Assembly (NCBI GenBank): GCA_012798455.1
Contig: JAAZNC010000081.1
Span: 4,752 to 68,751, forward strand
Length of the DNA stretch: 64,000 bases
DNA from: Chloroflexota bacterium
Lineage (GTDB): Bacteria > Chloroflexota > Anaerolineae > Anaerolineales > Anaerolineaceae
Direction of reading: 5' to 3'
The translations under genes were made by a program, and so were the position numbers. Each line of letters begins with the position of its first letter. Within the stretch, counting starts at the first letter, position 1. The notes beneath the pieces are model-generated. The model had not been told where the DNA came from and made no database searches. It was given only the letters and a program-made list of their open reading frames with translations. Shown here piece after piece: positions 17,886 through 26,570 of this stretch.

Positions 17886-17912
17886 TATATAAGAAATTTA
17901 TAAACATTTCAA
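17884..17912 (-). promoter_or_regulatory. sigma70-type promoter for the sorC-EIIA-EIIB-GH42-EIIC operon
   Basis: On the minus strand: TTGAAA (17912-17907), a 17 nt spacer, then TATAAT (17889-17884). Confidence 0.5.
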
Positions 17913-17994
17913 TCCCCCAGTCCAAAATATACCGTGTTTTGAGATATTTAATATGATCGTAATTGTTTGAGCATTACTTTCAAAGAAGGATACG

Positions 17995-18774
17995 CTATTT
18001 CCCAGGTGTGGATAGGGACACACTCGCCCCATCCTCGCGGCATACACAAATGCAGTCTGGATTGATCTCAGTCGGGATGCAGTTCTCATCGTAATACAAG
18101 AAATTAGCGCAGAAGCATTCGCAACCGGGTTCGGTTTCGATGGTGGAGCAATCCTGATTGCAGGGATAATTATCCTGGATGATCTTATACAGGATGCAGC
18201 TCTTCTTGGAAGAGGAAGTCACCCGATAAGTGAGCCAATCGATCTGGTATTGCTCATGCTTGATCTCGATTAGGATTGAGCCTTCGAACTGTTCGTTTAT
18301 ATTACGGTCGTTGAGCAGTTGCGAGATGGTCAACATGCTGCCGATAAAACCCTGCATGGTCTGCACTCCCACATAGCAGATCATGGATTGGGTGAATGTG
18401 TTGTTTTGCAGGCGTAAGTTGGTGCCTTTTATTTCTGATGCCACCAACACCTCGCCTACCAATTCCCCTGATAAGAAGAAACCCGAGTTGTAATATTCCA
18501 ATCCATTGGCTTTTAACAAGGTGAGCGAGGCGTCTTTTGCCATTGTCCCCAACAGTTGCAGGTCGTCCCCGCAGTAAATATGGATATCTCCAATGCCGGC
18601 ATCATCCGGTGTTGCGGTGGTGATGGTAGGTACGGTAAAAATAGCAACACTGGGCGAAGGCAGCGGTGTTTCATCACCAATGGCTGCAGGTCCGGCCGGA
18701 ACGATCACCTTTGGTTGGCAGGCACTGATGAGGATGATAAGAATTGCGATGAAAACAGATCGTATCTTTAGCAT
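17995..18774 (-). CDS. lipoprotein of unknown function with a Cys-rich C-terminal tail
   Basis: Signal peptide plus lipobox (LISAC). The last ~70 aa contain 11 Cys, including CECFC and CICVC. Confidence 0.6.
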   Translation of the reverse strand: MLKIRSVFIAILIILISACQPKVIVPAGPAAIGDETPLPSPSVAIFTVPTITTATPDDAGIGDIHIYCGDDLQLLGTMAKDASLTLLKANGLEYYNSGFFLSGELVGEVLVASEIKGTNLRLQNNTFTQSMICYVGVQTMQGFIGSMLTISQLLNDRNINEQFEGSILIEIKHEQYQIDWLTYRVTSSSKKSCILYKIIQDNYPCNQDCSTIETEPGCECFCANFLYYDENCIPTEINPDCICVCREDGASVSLSTPGK

Positions 18775-18927
18775 TTTTCATCCATTGTGTGTTTATAATT
18801 CAATTGTAAATCGAAAAGGAAAACCCAGATAATGTGTGATACTTTTCAGACTAAAAAGAATATCCTGAAGCCAAAAAATTTCCTGTGTTTTTTCACAAAT
18901 ACAGCGTAATCAAGGTGGTTTGATCGA

Positions 18928-20955
18928 ATGACACGAGTTTTTCAGAAACATGTCTATGCCATTTTATTTTTTTTGTTATGGGTAGCGTTTGTTATCTATC
19001 CTAATGTGGGGATCTATGACTGGGATAAAGAAATACTCTATAGCGCTTATATCAAAACATCCATCCAGATTGACCGACAGCTGCCATTTTTCTTGTGGAA
19101 CAGTGCCGCTTTAGAGGGCTATCCGGCAGTAGATCAAAGTGCTTTTTTTGTCTCCAATCCGGAAACAATGCTGTTCACACCCTGCTTGCCATTGCTGTTG
19201 TTGTTCTCCCCCACATTCTTTCTCAAGTTGCTGGTGCTGTTGAACGCGCTGGCAGGTTATGCGGGAATTCTGGCTCTAGGGAAACGTTTAAAATGGAGTG
19301 AAACACAAAACCGCATTTTTTCGGCTTTATTCCTGCTCTCTCCGATTATCATCCAGCATGTAGCGATCGGGTATCTGCCATGGCTGAACCTGTACCTTTT
19401 CCCCTGGTTGTTGTATTTTCTGGTGGAAGACCATGTTCTCCGGCGCGGTATCGGGAGCGGGATGGTGCTGGCAGTGGTTTTGCTGCAGGGTGGTTTGCAT
19501 CCTTTTGTATGGCTGGTTTTCTTCAGCGTATTCTATATGGTGCTGTTGGCAATCATTCAAAAAAAGGGGAATACATTATGGTCGCTTCCCATCTCCTTGG
19601 GGAGTGCAGCATTACTGGCACTGCCGCGCCTGTATCTCAGCCTGCAATCCTTTGGTGATTTCGCACAGCGTTTTTTCTCGGGTTATTCTCTATCTGGATT
19701 CTTGAAATGGGCTTTGATTCCCCCTTTCTTCACACCGTCCAGCATGGATGATATCGAATATTTCATTGAAGGTTACATTGATGGCGTGCCGTACTGGGAT
19801 GGCGAGGTCTTTTGGGGGGCAGTGCTGCTGCTTAGCTTGCTGTTGCCTGCTTTTTTCTATTGGTCTCATCGGCAGGGGAAACCACGACCGCTCAGGTTGG
19901 CTGCTGCGGGGGCGGGATTGCTGCTGCTGTTGTTGTCTTTCAATGGTTTTTACCAGCACATCATCAGAGCTGTATCGACTTTCCTGCACTTACCCGCCTT
20001 GGAAGGCATGGAAAAATATCCCTTTCGTCTGGCAATTCCGGCATATTACGGGTTGGCTTTTGTGATCGCAGAGGGCTGGCATGATTGGCAGCACTTTTTC
20101 AACGCAGCCGGCGCGACTCTCAAGAAAGGCTGGCGTAAGACATATGCTGTCGTGCGCCAGATGGGCTTATGGCTGCAGCACCGCCCGCGCCTCAGCACTT
20201 GGCTGGCGCTCATCTCCGTTGGATTGTGCGGAGCGGTTGTTGGTTTCAGATCATGGTTGCTAACATGCACACACCAACAGATCCAGCTAGCTTATTATGG
20301 TCAGGGCTGGGGTTGGTTGAATAAAGCGATGGAGCACAGCAGCAGTATTCCTCTCGAGACCTATCTGGCGAAAGTCGATCTGCTTTATCTTTACATACTG
20401 CGTTTGTCGGCAGTCCTGGCTGTGTTGTTTTTACTCATCTGGATCTGGGGAAGAATTTGCATCCCCATCCATAAAGAGGAATACGGCAGTGCGGTTAATT
20501 TTCCCATGGCGGCACTGGAAGTTTTACTTGTGATACCTATGCTACTGGCTTTTGGCATGTGGTGGCGGGTGGCGCTGGCTACTCCCCAGAATCCTGCTCC
20601 TATCTGGCAGGCAGAGTCGCCGTACTTAACTACCAGTATCGGGGAAAAGGCAGTGGGGGCAGATGTGCTCTCCTATTCTGCCGATCATTTGACCATTGAA
20701 GTGGATGAAACGTGGGTGGGAAATACTTTGCTGCTGCCGGGCATCCCGGCGGAGGATGTCCGTTTTTTGCAGTTCAATGCTGATGAAATGACGCCAGTGG
20801 CACAGGATGGTGCCCTGGGATTGCAAATTCACCAGGAGGGTAATTTAAGTATCGATGTAAATACAAAATTGCTGACCATCCCTGCCTGGATAGCTATGTG
20901 TGCATGGCTGGTTGGTATATGGCTATTGGTGAAGAAAAAGAGTAAGAAAATTTGA
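18928..20955 (+). CDS. large polytopic membrane protein of unknown function
   Basis: 675 aa with many hydrophobic segments and an AAGGTGG RBS. No catalytic motif recognised. Confidence 0.6.
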   Translation: MTRVFQKHVYAILFFLLWVAFVIYPNVGIYDWDKEILYSAYIKTSIQIDRQLPFFLWNSAALEGYPAVDQSAFFVSNPETMLFTPCLPLLLLFSPTFFLKLLVLLNALAGYAGILALGKRLKWSETQNRIFSALFLLSPIIIQHVAIGYLPWLNLYLFPWLLYFLVEDHVLRRGIGSGMVLAVVLLQGGLHPFVWLVFFSVFYMVLLAIIQKKGNTLWSLPISLGSAALLALPRLYLSLQSFGDFAQRFFSGYSLSGFLKWALIPPFFTPSSMDDIEYFIEGYIDGVPYWDGEVFWGAVLLLSLLLPAFFYWSHRQGKPRPLRLAAAGAGLLLLLLSFNGFYQHIIRAVSTFLHLPALEGMEKYPFRLAIPAYYGLAFVIAEGWHDWQHFFNAAGATLKKGWRKTYAVVRQMGLWLQHRPRLSTWLALISVGLCGAVVGFRSWLLTCTHQQIQLAYYGQGWGWLNKAMEHSSSIPLETYLAKVDLLYLYILRLSAVLAVLFLLIWIWGRICIPIHKEEYGSAVNFPMAALEVLLVIPMLLAFGMWWRVALATPQNPAPIWQAESPYLTTSIGEKAVGADVLSYSADHLTIEVDETWVGNTLLLPGIPAEDVRFLQFNADEMTPVAQDGALGLQIHQEGNLSIDVNTKLLTIPAWIAMCAWLVGIWLLVKKKSKKI

Positions 20956-21000
20956 TGTCGCCACTCGCAATCGCGGAAAATAACCAGCAAAGAAATTTAA

Positions 21001-21030
21001 AGAAAAGGGAGAGAAAATCTCCTTTTCTTT
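21001..21030 (+). terminator. possible intrinsic terminator after the membrane-protein gene
   Basis: AGAAAAGGGAGA / TCTCCTTTTCT stem (one bulge) followed by a weak T tract. Confidence 0.35.
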
Positions 21031-21268
21031 AAAATAGCAGGAAAACGGGGATAGGAAGCAAAAACTTATATGCCAATGTGCATAACAACTTTATTATTAA
21101 CATAATGATGATAAAAATAGCACTCCTTTCTTGTAATAATAGGGTAACGAATGTGATTGATCTTGGTGAATATAAACCTGTTGCTATGATTTACGAAAAG
21201 CGTTATTTTGTTACAATGGTCATAAGGGATATCCCTTATGTGCAAAACCCGAAAAGAGGAGATCTAGT

Positions 21269-22048
21269 ATGAAGCATTATCGAAGTTTGGTGTTGATCCT
21301 GGTTCTAGGCTTGCTGCTGGTGGCATGTTCAAATCAGAGCGGCACCACAGATGAAAACCAACCTACCAATGATAAGAGTTCCCCTGTGATCAGTGGAGCG
21401 TGCGGGATAAGTTATTTCCCGATCCTACCGGATAAAACCTGGGTCTACCGCATCTATGATGAAAATAATCTGTATGTGGAAAATAGGGTGTGGTACGAAG
21501 ATATCGGTGATACATCCTTTATCTGGAAGCAGGAAATGGATGGCGACCCCCCCATCACCTCGCAAGTCAAATGGAACTGCTCGGATGAAGGACTGGTCTC
21601 AACCGATTATGTGTCCAGCAACCTGCCCATGGTCATGCAAGCCATGGGCGTCGCTAGCGATTACCAGATCGAAACCCTGGAGTTCAGCGGTATTACTTTC
21701 CCTGCCAATGATTCGTGGTATGTGGGGTCTGCGTGGACTGGATCTTGGAAGGTCAATAGTGACCTCACTGTTGAAGATCTTGGTCAGGTCAATGCCGAGA
21801 TAGCTGTAACAATGAGTAATGTCATCGGGGCAGAAGAACCTGTCAGTGTGCCAGCTGGAAGTTATGATAAAGCCCTGCGGGTAGATTCGACCATATCGAT
21901 CGAAACAAAGATTGTCATGCAGGGCATGACCCTGCCAACCATCAATGGCGAATATACCATGACCTCCTGGTTCGTCGAGGGGGTAGGGATGGTGAAACAG
22001 GTTTCGGATGATGCGAATTTCATAATGGAATTGGGAGCGCTGGAATAG
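21269..22048 (+). CDS. lipoprotein of unknown function
   Basis: Signal peptide plus lipobox (LLVAC) and a GAGGAG RBS. Confidence 0.6.
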   Translation: MKHYRSLVLILVLGLLLVACSNQSGTTDENQPTNDKSSPVISGACGISYFPILPDKTWVYRIYDENNLYVENRVWYEDIGDTSFIWKQEMDGDPPITSQVKWNCSDEGLVSTDYVSSNLPMVMQAMGVASDYQIETLEFSGITFPANDSWYVGSAWTGSWKVNSDLTVEDLGQVNAEIAVTMSNVIGAEEPVSVPAGSYDKALRVDSTISIETKIVMQGMTLPTINGEYTMTSWFVEGVGMVKQVSDDANFIMELGALE

Positions 22049-22074
22049 CCAATAACACAGGTGGATGGTATCAG

Positions 22075-22107
22075 GGCGTGGGAGAAATCTCACGCCTTCT
22101 TTTTTTT
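22075..22107 (+). terminator. rho-independent terminator
   Basis: GGCGTGGGA-GAAA-TCTCACGCC stem-loop followed by TTCTTTTTTTT. Confidence 0.75.
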
Positions 22108-22369
22108 ACAAAAACAGTTTGAATTTAAAATAGAAAACGACCTGAATGGAAAGAAAAAAAGAGATTTCATCGCTGTGGATTCTTTCTTTTCTTTTTGATG
22201 ATTTGTACCACCTGTGCAGGACATGTGCATTAAATTATTCATAATGGATGATGTTTGGTTTCTATCTGCTGCTGGAAAATGTTCATTCCCTATCTGACTT
22301 TAAATTAAAAAAGATACCTGCACCACCAATTGACACGTTTTTAAAAGGGCTGATGTTATAATCTTGCTC

Positions 22370-25174
22370 ATGTCTCGCATTGTGGCATTTGACCTTGAAA
22401 CGACCGGTTTGGACCCCCAGCATGATAAGATCATCGAAATTGGGGCGGTCAAGTTCGAGGGTGAAAAAGTGCTCGAGACATTCCAGACGCTCATCAATCC
22501 GCAGCGTCTGGTCTCACCTGAGATCACCCAGATTACCTCTATTACCAATGAAATGGTGCGTGACGCTCCGTTGATCGAAGAAGTGAAAGATGAATTTACC
22601 AACTTCCTGGAGGATGTGCCGTTGTTGGGGCACAATGTTCAGTTTGACCTTTCTTTTTTGAGAGCCAATGGGTTTTTCTTGCCCAATGATGAGATCGATT
22701 CATTCGACCTGGCGAGTGTCTTGATGCCTTCCGCCAGCCGCTACAATCTTGGTTCACTGGTGGAAATTTTAGACTTGAACGGTGATGAATTTCAATCGCA
22801 CCGCGCCCTGGATGATGCCAGGATGACGTATGGAATTTATCTGCAATTCTATAAAATGGCACATGAACTATCCCTGGAATTGGTCAGGGAGATCGTCGAT
22901 CAGGGCAAAGGCATTGCCTGGGGTGGCAAGTGGTTCTTCAATACGATCCTGAAAGAGCGCATCAAAGAACCCATCAAAGCGCGCACTGTTCGGGAAGTGA
23001 ATTATGGTGCTCTCTTTGGCAATTTGGATGAGCTAAGCCAGCCTCCGTTAAAACCGAAGACGGAAGTCGAAAAATTGGATGAAGAAGAAACAGCTGCTAA
23101 TCTGGAAGCCGGGGGTTCTTTCTCAAAATATATTTCCCAATTTGAAAGCCGTTCCCAGCAGGTGGAAATGGCGCACATGATTGCATCAGCGTTGAATAAC
23201 AGCCAGCATTTCATGGTGGAAGCTGGCACGGGTACCGGAAAATCCTTTGCCTATTTGGTCCCCGCCGCTTTATGGTCGACCCGCAACCAGACACGTGTGG
23301 TGATATCTACCAACACCATCAACTTGCAGGATCAACTGATAAACAAGGACATTCCTGATACCCGGGCTGCTCTCGATCTTGATCTGCGCGCGACAGTTTT
23401 GAAAGGAAGACGCAATTATCTGTGCCCGCGTCGTCTGGAAGGATTGCGCTACCGCGGTCCGCGTACCCGCGAAGAAGTGCGTATTTTGGCAAAAGTGCTG
23501 GTATGGTTAGAAAAAGGGGGTAGTGGAGATCGTGGCGAATTGAACCTGAACGGCGGACAGGAGTGGGATGTGTGGGCGCGCCTTTCTGCCGAAGACGAAA
23601 CTTGCGGTGCAGAAGCCTGTATGGCGCGCATGGGCGGTGTCTGCCCGTATTATCTGGCTCGCCAGCGTGCCCTACGTTCGCATATCATTGTCGTAAATCA
23701 TGCCTTGTTGCTGGCAGATGTGGTCACCGAAAATCGTGTGCTGCCTGACTATGATTATCTAATTGTGGATGAAGCCCATCATTTGGAAGATGCTTCTACC
23801 AATGCACTCAGCTATAAAGTGTCCAACAAAGATATCAAACATAATTTGGAAGAACTCGGCAGCCATACCAATGGAGCGCTGGGTAATTTGAGCTCCAGTC
23901 TGCAGAGTCGCTTGAGTGCCGAACAATTTAGCAGTTTTCATGAGATCATCGAAAATATTATCGATCTTGCTTTCCGTCTGGATCATGAGTTCATCCAGGT
24001 CTTTAATTCCATGGATATCTTCATGGAAGATATGCGCGAAGGGAAAGAGGTCAGTGAATACGGGCAGCGTGAACGGGTGGAGCTTTCCACCACGCGCCAG
24101 CCCATCTGGTCCGAGATCGAGGTGGATTGGCAGAAAGCCAGCACGACTCTGGAGGGTATGTCCAATGAATTAGCGCGTGTGCTTCGGAATGTGGCGGATC
24201 TGGAGTGTGCCGAAGAACTGGAGGTGGATGAGGCCCGCAGTGATCTGGCGAGATTGGCACGCAACTTTCAGGAAATGTATACCCATTTCTCTTCCATGAT
24301 CTACGAACCGGATCCCAATAATGTGTATTGGCTGGAGATCGAACCGCGCTATGAACGTCTGTCGGTTAATGTGGCACCCCTGAACATCGGTCCGATGATG
24401 GAAAAATATCTGTGGCATGAAAAACAGAGCGTCATCCTGACCTCTGCTACCCTGACCACCAACGGCGAGTTTGACTACCTGCGCAGCCGCTTGAACGCGG
24501 ATGAAGCCGATGAATTATTGTTGGGTTCCCCATTTGACTTTGAGACCTCTACTCTGCTTTACCTGCCTACTGATATGCCGGAGCCGCTGGACCGCAGCCA
24601 GTATCAGTTATGGGTAGAGCGCACTCTGCTGCGATTAGCGAAAGCTACCGGGGGCAGGATGCTGGCGCTCTTTACCTCTTATAAACAATTGCGCTTGACC
24701 TCGCGCAAGATCACCCCGTTATTGAACAATGAGAATATCCAGGTGTTCGAACAGGGTGAAGGTGCTTCTTCCAATGCGTTGCTGGAGACCTTCCGAACCA
24801 CCAGTCGGGCGGTCTTGCTGGGTACGCGTTCCTTTTGGGAGGGGGTGGATGTGCCGGGAGAGGCGCTTTCGGTGTTGGTGATCGTGCGCTTGCCGTTTGA
24901 TGTACCTAACGATCCCATCATCATCGCGCGTGCCGAGACCTTCGAAAACCCATTCCATGAATACCAGATTCCCGAAGCGATCCTGCGCTTCCGGCAGGGT
25001 TTCGGGCGCCTGATCCGCACCAAGTCGGATCGCGGGGTGGTAACGGTGTTGGACCGGCGCATCATCAGCAAACAGTATGGACAGTTGTTCTTGAATTCCC
25101 TGCCGGTGTGCACGCAAAAGCGCGGACCGGTAGAGGAACTACCGGCCCTGGCAGCCCGCTGGTTGGATTTATAA
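22370..25174 (+). CDS. dinG: DinG-family ATP-dependent helicase fused to an N-terminal DnaQ-like 3'-5' exonuclease domain
   Basis: Exonuclease motifs AFDLETTG and HRALDDA, Walker A AGTGTGKS, the VDEAHHLED box and C-terminal helicase motifs (TSATL, GTRSFWEGVD, QGFGRLIR). The start was moved to the ATG at 22370. Confidence 0.85.
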   Translation: MSRIVAFDLETTGLDPQHDKIIEIGAVKFEGEKVLETFQTLINPQRLVSPEITQITSITNEMVRDAPLIEEVKDEFTNFLEDVPLLGHNVQFDLSFLRANGFFLPNDEIDSFDLASVLMPSASRYNLGSLVEILDLNGDEFQSHRALDDARMTYGIYLQFYKMAHELSLELVREIVDQGKGIAWGGKWFFNTILKERIKEPIKARTVREVNYGALFGNLDELSQPPLKPKTEVEKLDEEETAANLEAGGSFSKYISQFESRSQQVEMAHMIASALNNSQHFMVEAGTGTGKSFAYLVPAALWSTRNQTRVVISTNTINLQDQLINKDIPDTRAALDLDLRATVLKGRRNYLCPRRLEGLRYRGPRTREEVRILAKVLVWLEKGGSGDRGELNLNGGQEWDVWARLSAEDETCGAEACMARMGGVCPYYLARQRALRSHIIVVNHALLLADVVTENRVLPDYDYLIVDEAHHLEDASTNALSYKVSNKDIKHNLEELGSHTNGALGNLSSSLQSRLSAEQFSSFHEIIENIIDLAFRLDHEFIQVFNSMDIFMEDMREGKEVSEYGQRERVELSTTRQPIWSEIEVDWQKASTTLEGMSNELARVLRNVADLECAEELEVDEARSDLARLARNFQEMYTHFSSMIYEPDPNNVYWLEIEPRYERLSVNVAPLNIGPMMEKYLWHEKQSVILTSATLTTNGEFDYLRSRLNADEADELLLGSPFDFETSTLLYLPTDMPEPLDRSQYQLWVERTLLRLAKATGGRMLALFTSYKQLRLTSRKITPLLNNENIQVFEQGEGASSNALLETFRTTSRAVLLGTRSFWEGVDVPGEALSVLVIVRLPFDVPNDPIIIARAETFENPFHEYQIPEAILRFRQGFGRLIRTKSDRGVVTVLDRRIISKQYGQLFLNSLPVCTQKRGPVEELPALAARWLDL

Positions 25175-25225
25175 CAGTAAATTTCTGTGAAATGTTCATT
25201 TGATTGGATCTGGGAGTGAGCAGGT

Positions 25226-25930
25226 TTATATTTCAATGCAATGCAATATATTTAACCCCTGTTTTCTTTTTACTCGCATGGCAAAGTTGAAGCGGTCGAT
25301 CTCCAGTGCCATTTCCAGATCTTGAGATGGAAAATGAGGTCCTGAACCGTCATAATAGGTTCCCGAGCGTGAAGCTCGCACCCGTTGGGTAATGGTCTTC
25401 CAACTAACTGTCTGGTTAAGCAATAGACATTCGATCGCATCAGCACACGCTACATCATCATCTCCCCAATCCTGTCCCACAAAGAAACCGGTTTGGATCA
25501 ACGTGATTTGTGAGGGATTCAATTTTTTTATATACCGCACGGTTGCTGAAATAGTGACTAAACCGGTTGCAAGAATAATATTAGCCTGGGTGGCAAACAC
25601 CACTCCTTGTGTTCCGGCAGTGGTGCGCTGGATTGCTTGTTTATTGTGAAGATCATGCCCTTCGATCTGCGAGGGGGAATTACCGAAATCGAATCCCGGT
25701 ACTTTGACCCCATCCACTTCTCCTATCAAAATGCAATCAGACATTTTTTCTCGAAGCGCAAAAGATTCTTCCACACCGGAAACAAGCAGGATCTCTTTGA
25801 CACCTTGCTGGAATAGAAATGCTGCGGTAGTAAAAGCTCGCAGCACATCAATGACAACCACCAACCCTGTTACGGTGGAGCAGGTGGCAAGAGTTACCCT
25901 TTTTATTCTCAATGTTTCATCTCTTGGCAA
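25226..25930 (-). CDS. comB: 2-phosphosulfolactate phosphatase family protein (ComB-like)
   Basis: VVIDVLRAFTTA and GFDFGNSP motifs. Confidence 0.75.
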   Translation of the reverse strand: MPRDETLRIKRVTLATCSTVTGLVVVIDVLRAFTTAAFLFQQGVKEILLVSGVEESFALREKMSDCILIGEVDGVKVPGFDFGNSPSQIEGHDLHNKQAIQRTTAGTQGVVFATQANIILATGLVTISATVRYIKKLNPSQITLIQTGFFVGQDWGDDDVACADAIECLLLNQTVSWKTITQRVRASRSGTYYDGSGPHFPSQDLEMALEIDRFNFAMRVKRKQGLNILHCIEI

Positions 25931-25940
25931 AGGAATACTT

Positions 25941-26357
25941 TTAGACTTTGTTGATGGTGATCACCAGGTCGATGGGAGTGATTTTTTTGAACATGGCTTG
26001 TGCCGGGCAGTATTTCGTCTCTGAAAGTTCCACCGCACGCTCCACCGCGGAACGGTCGATATTCTGCCCACTCACCACGTATTCGATGGTGAGGTGGGTG
26101 AAGACCTTGGGATGTTCTTCTGCACGTTCGGCGTGCACTTTCACCTCAAAATCACGCACATCCTGTTTCTTCTTGGTCAGAATGGAGATCACATCCATGG
26201 CGGTGCAGCCAGCTAATCCAATAGCCAAAAGTTCCAGAGGGCGAAAGCCATCATCGTCACCGCCCAGTGCCTGAACGGTGCCCAGAGGAACCCTGAAACC
26301 GCTGTCGGACGTCCCTTCGAAACTCATCTTTTGCTTCCAAACAACTTTAGCGTCCAT
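25941..26357 (-). CDS. OsmC/Ohr-family peroxiredoxin-like protein
   Basis: 138 aa with the GLAGCTAMDV motif. Confidence 0.8.
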   Translation of the reverse strand: MDAKVVWKQKMSFEGTSDSGFRVPLGTVQALGGDDDGFRPLELLAIGLAGCTAMDVISILTKKKQDVRDFEVKVHAERAEEHPKVFTHLTIEYVVSGQNIDRSAVERAVELSETKYCPAQAMFKKITPIDLVITINKV

Positions 26358-26570
26358 TCACAATCTCCTTCACTTCATATTACCATGCAAGCGAGATTTG
26401 ATATTTTCATTCCTGCTGTTCTTATAGAATTCTACCGTAGCGTGGGTCGGCAACAACTCACCCTATCATCCTTCTGGGTGGGATTCTATTCCCGCCATTC
26501 ACCTAGGTCAATTCCAAAGCCAACCGCCGTCCCTCTACCCGCGCAAACCCTAAAGCTCCTTTATTTTCTG

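Noticed and set aside
21078-21272. 64-aa ORF in the AT-rich spacer before the lipoprotein gene
   Set aside because: It has an AT-rich, Ile/Asn/Lys-biased translation and no RBS, and it overlaps the start of the lipoprotein gene. It is more likely a promoter region.
26440-26500. Hairpin CTCACCC...GGGTGGG and GC-rich sequence between the SLT and osmC genes, checked for a tRNA or sRNA
   Set aside because: It has no tRNA cloverleaf features (no T-loop GGTTCGA-type box) and no flanking promoter or terminator signals. It is probably just spacer structure.
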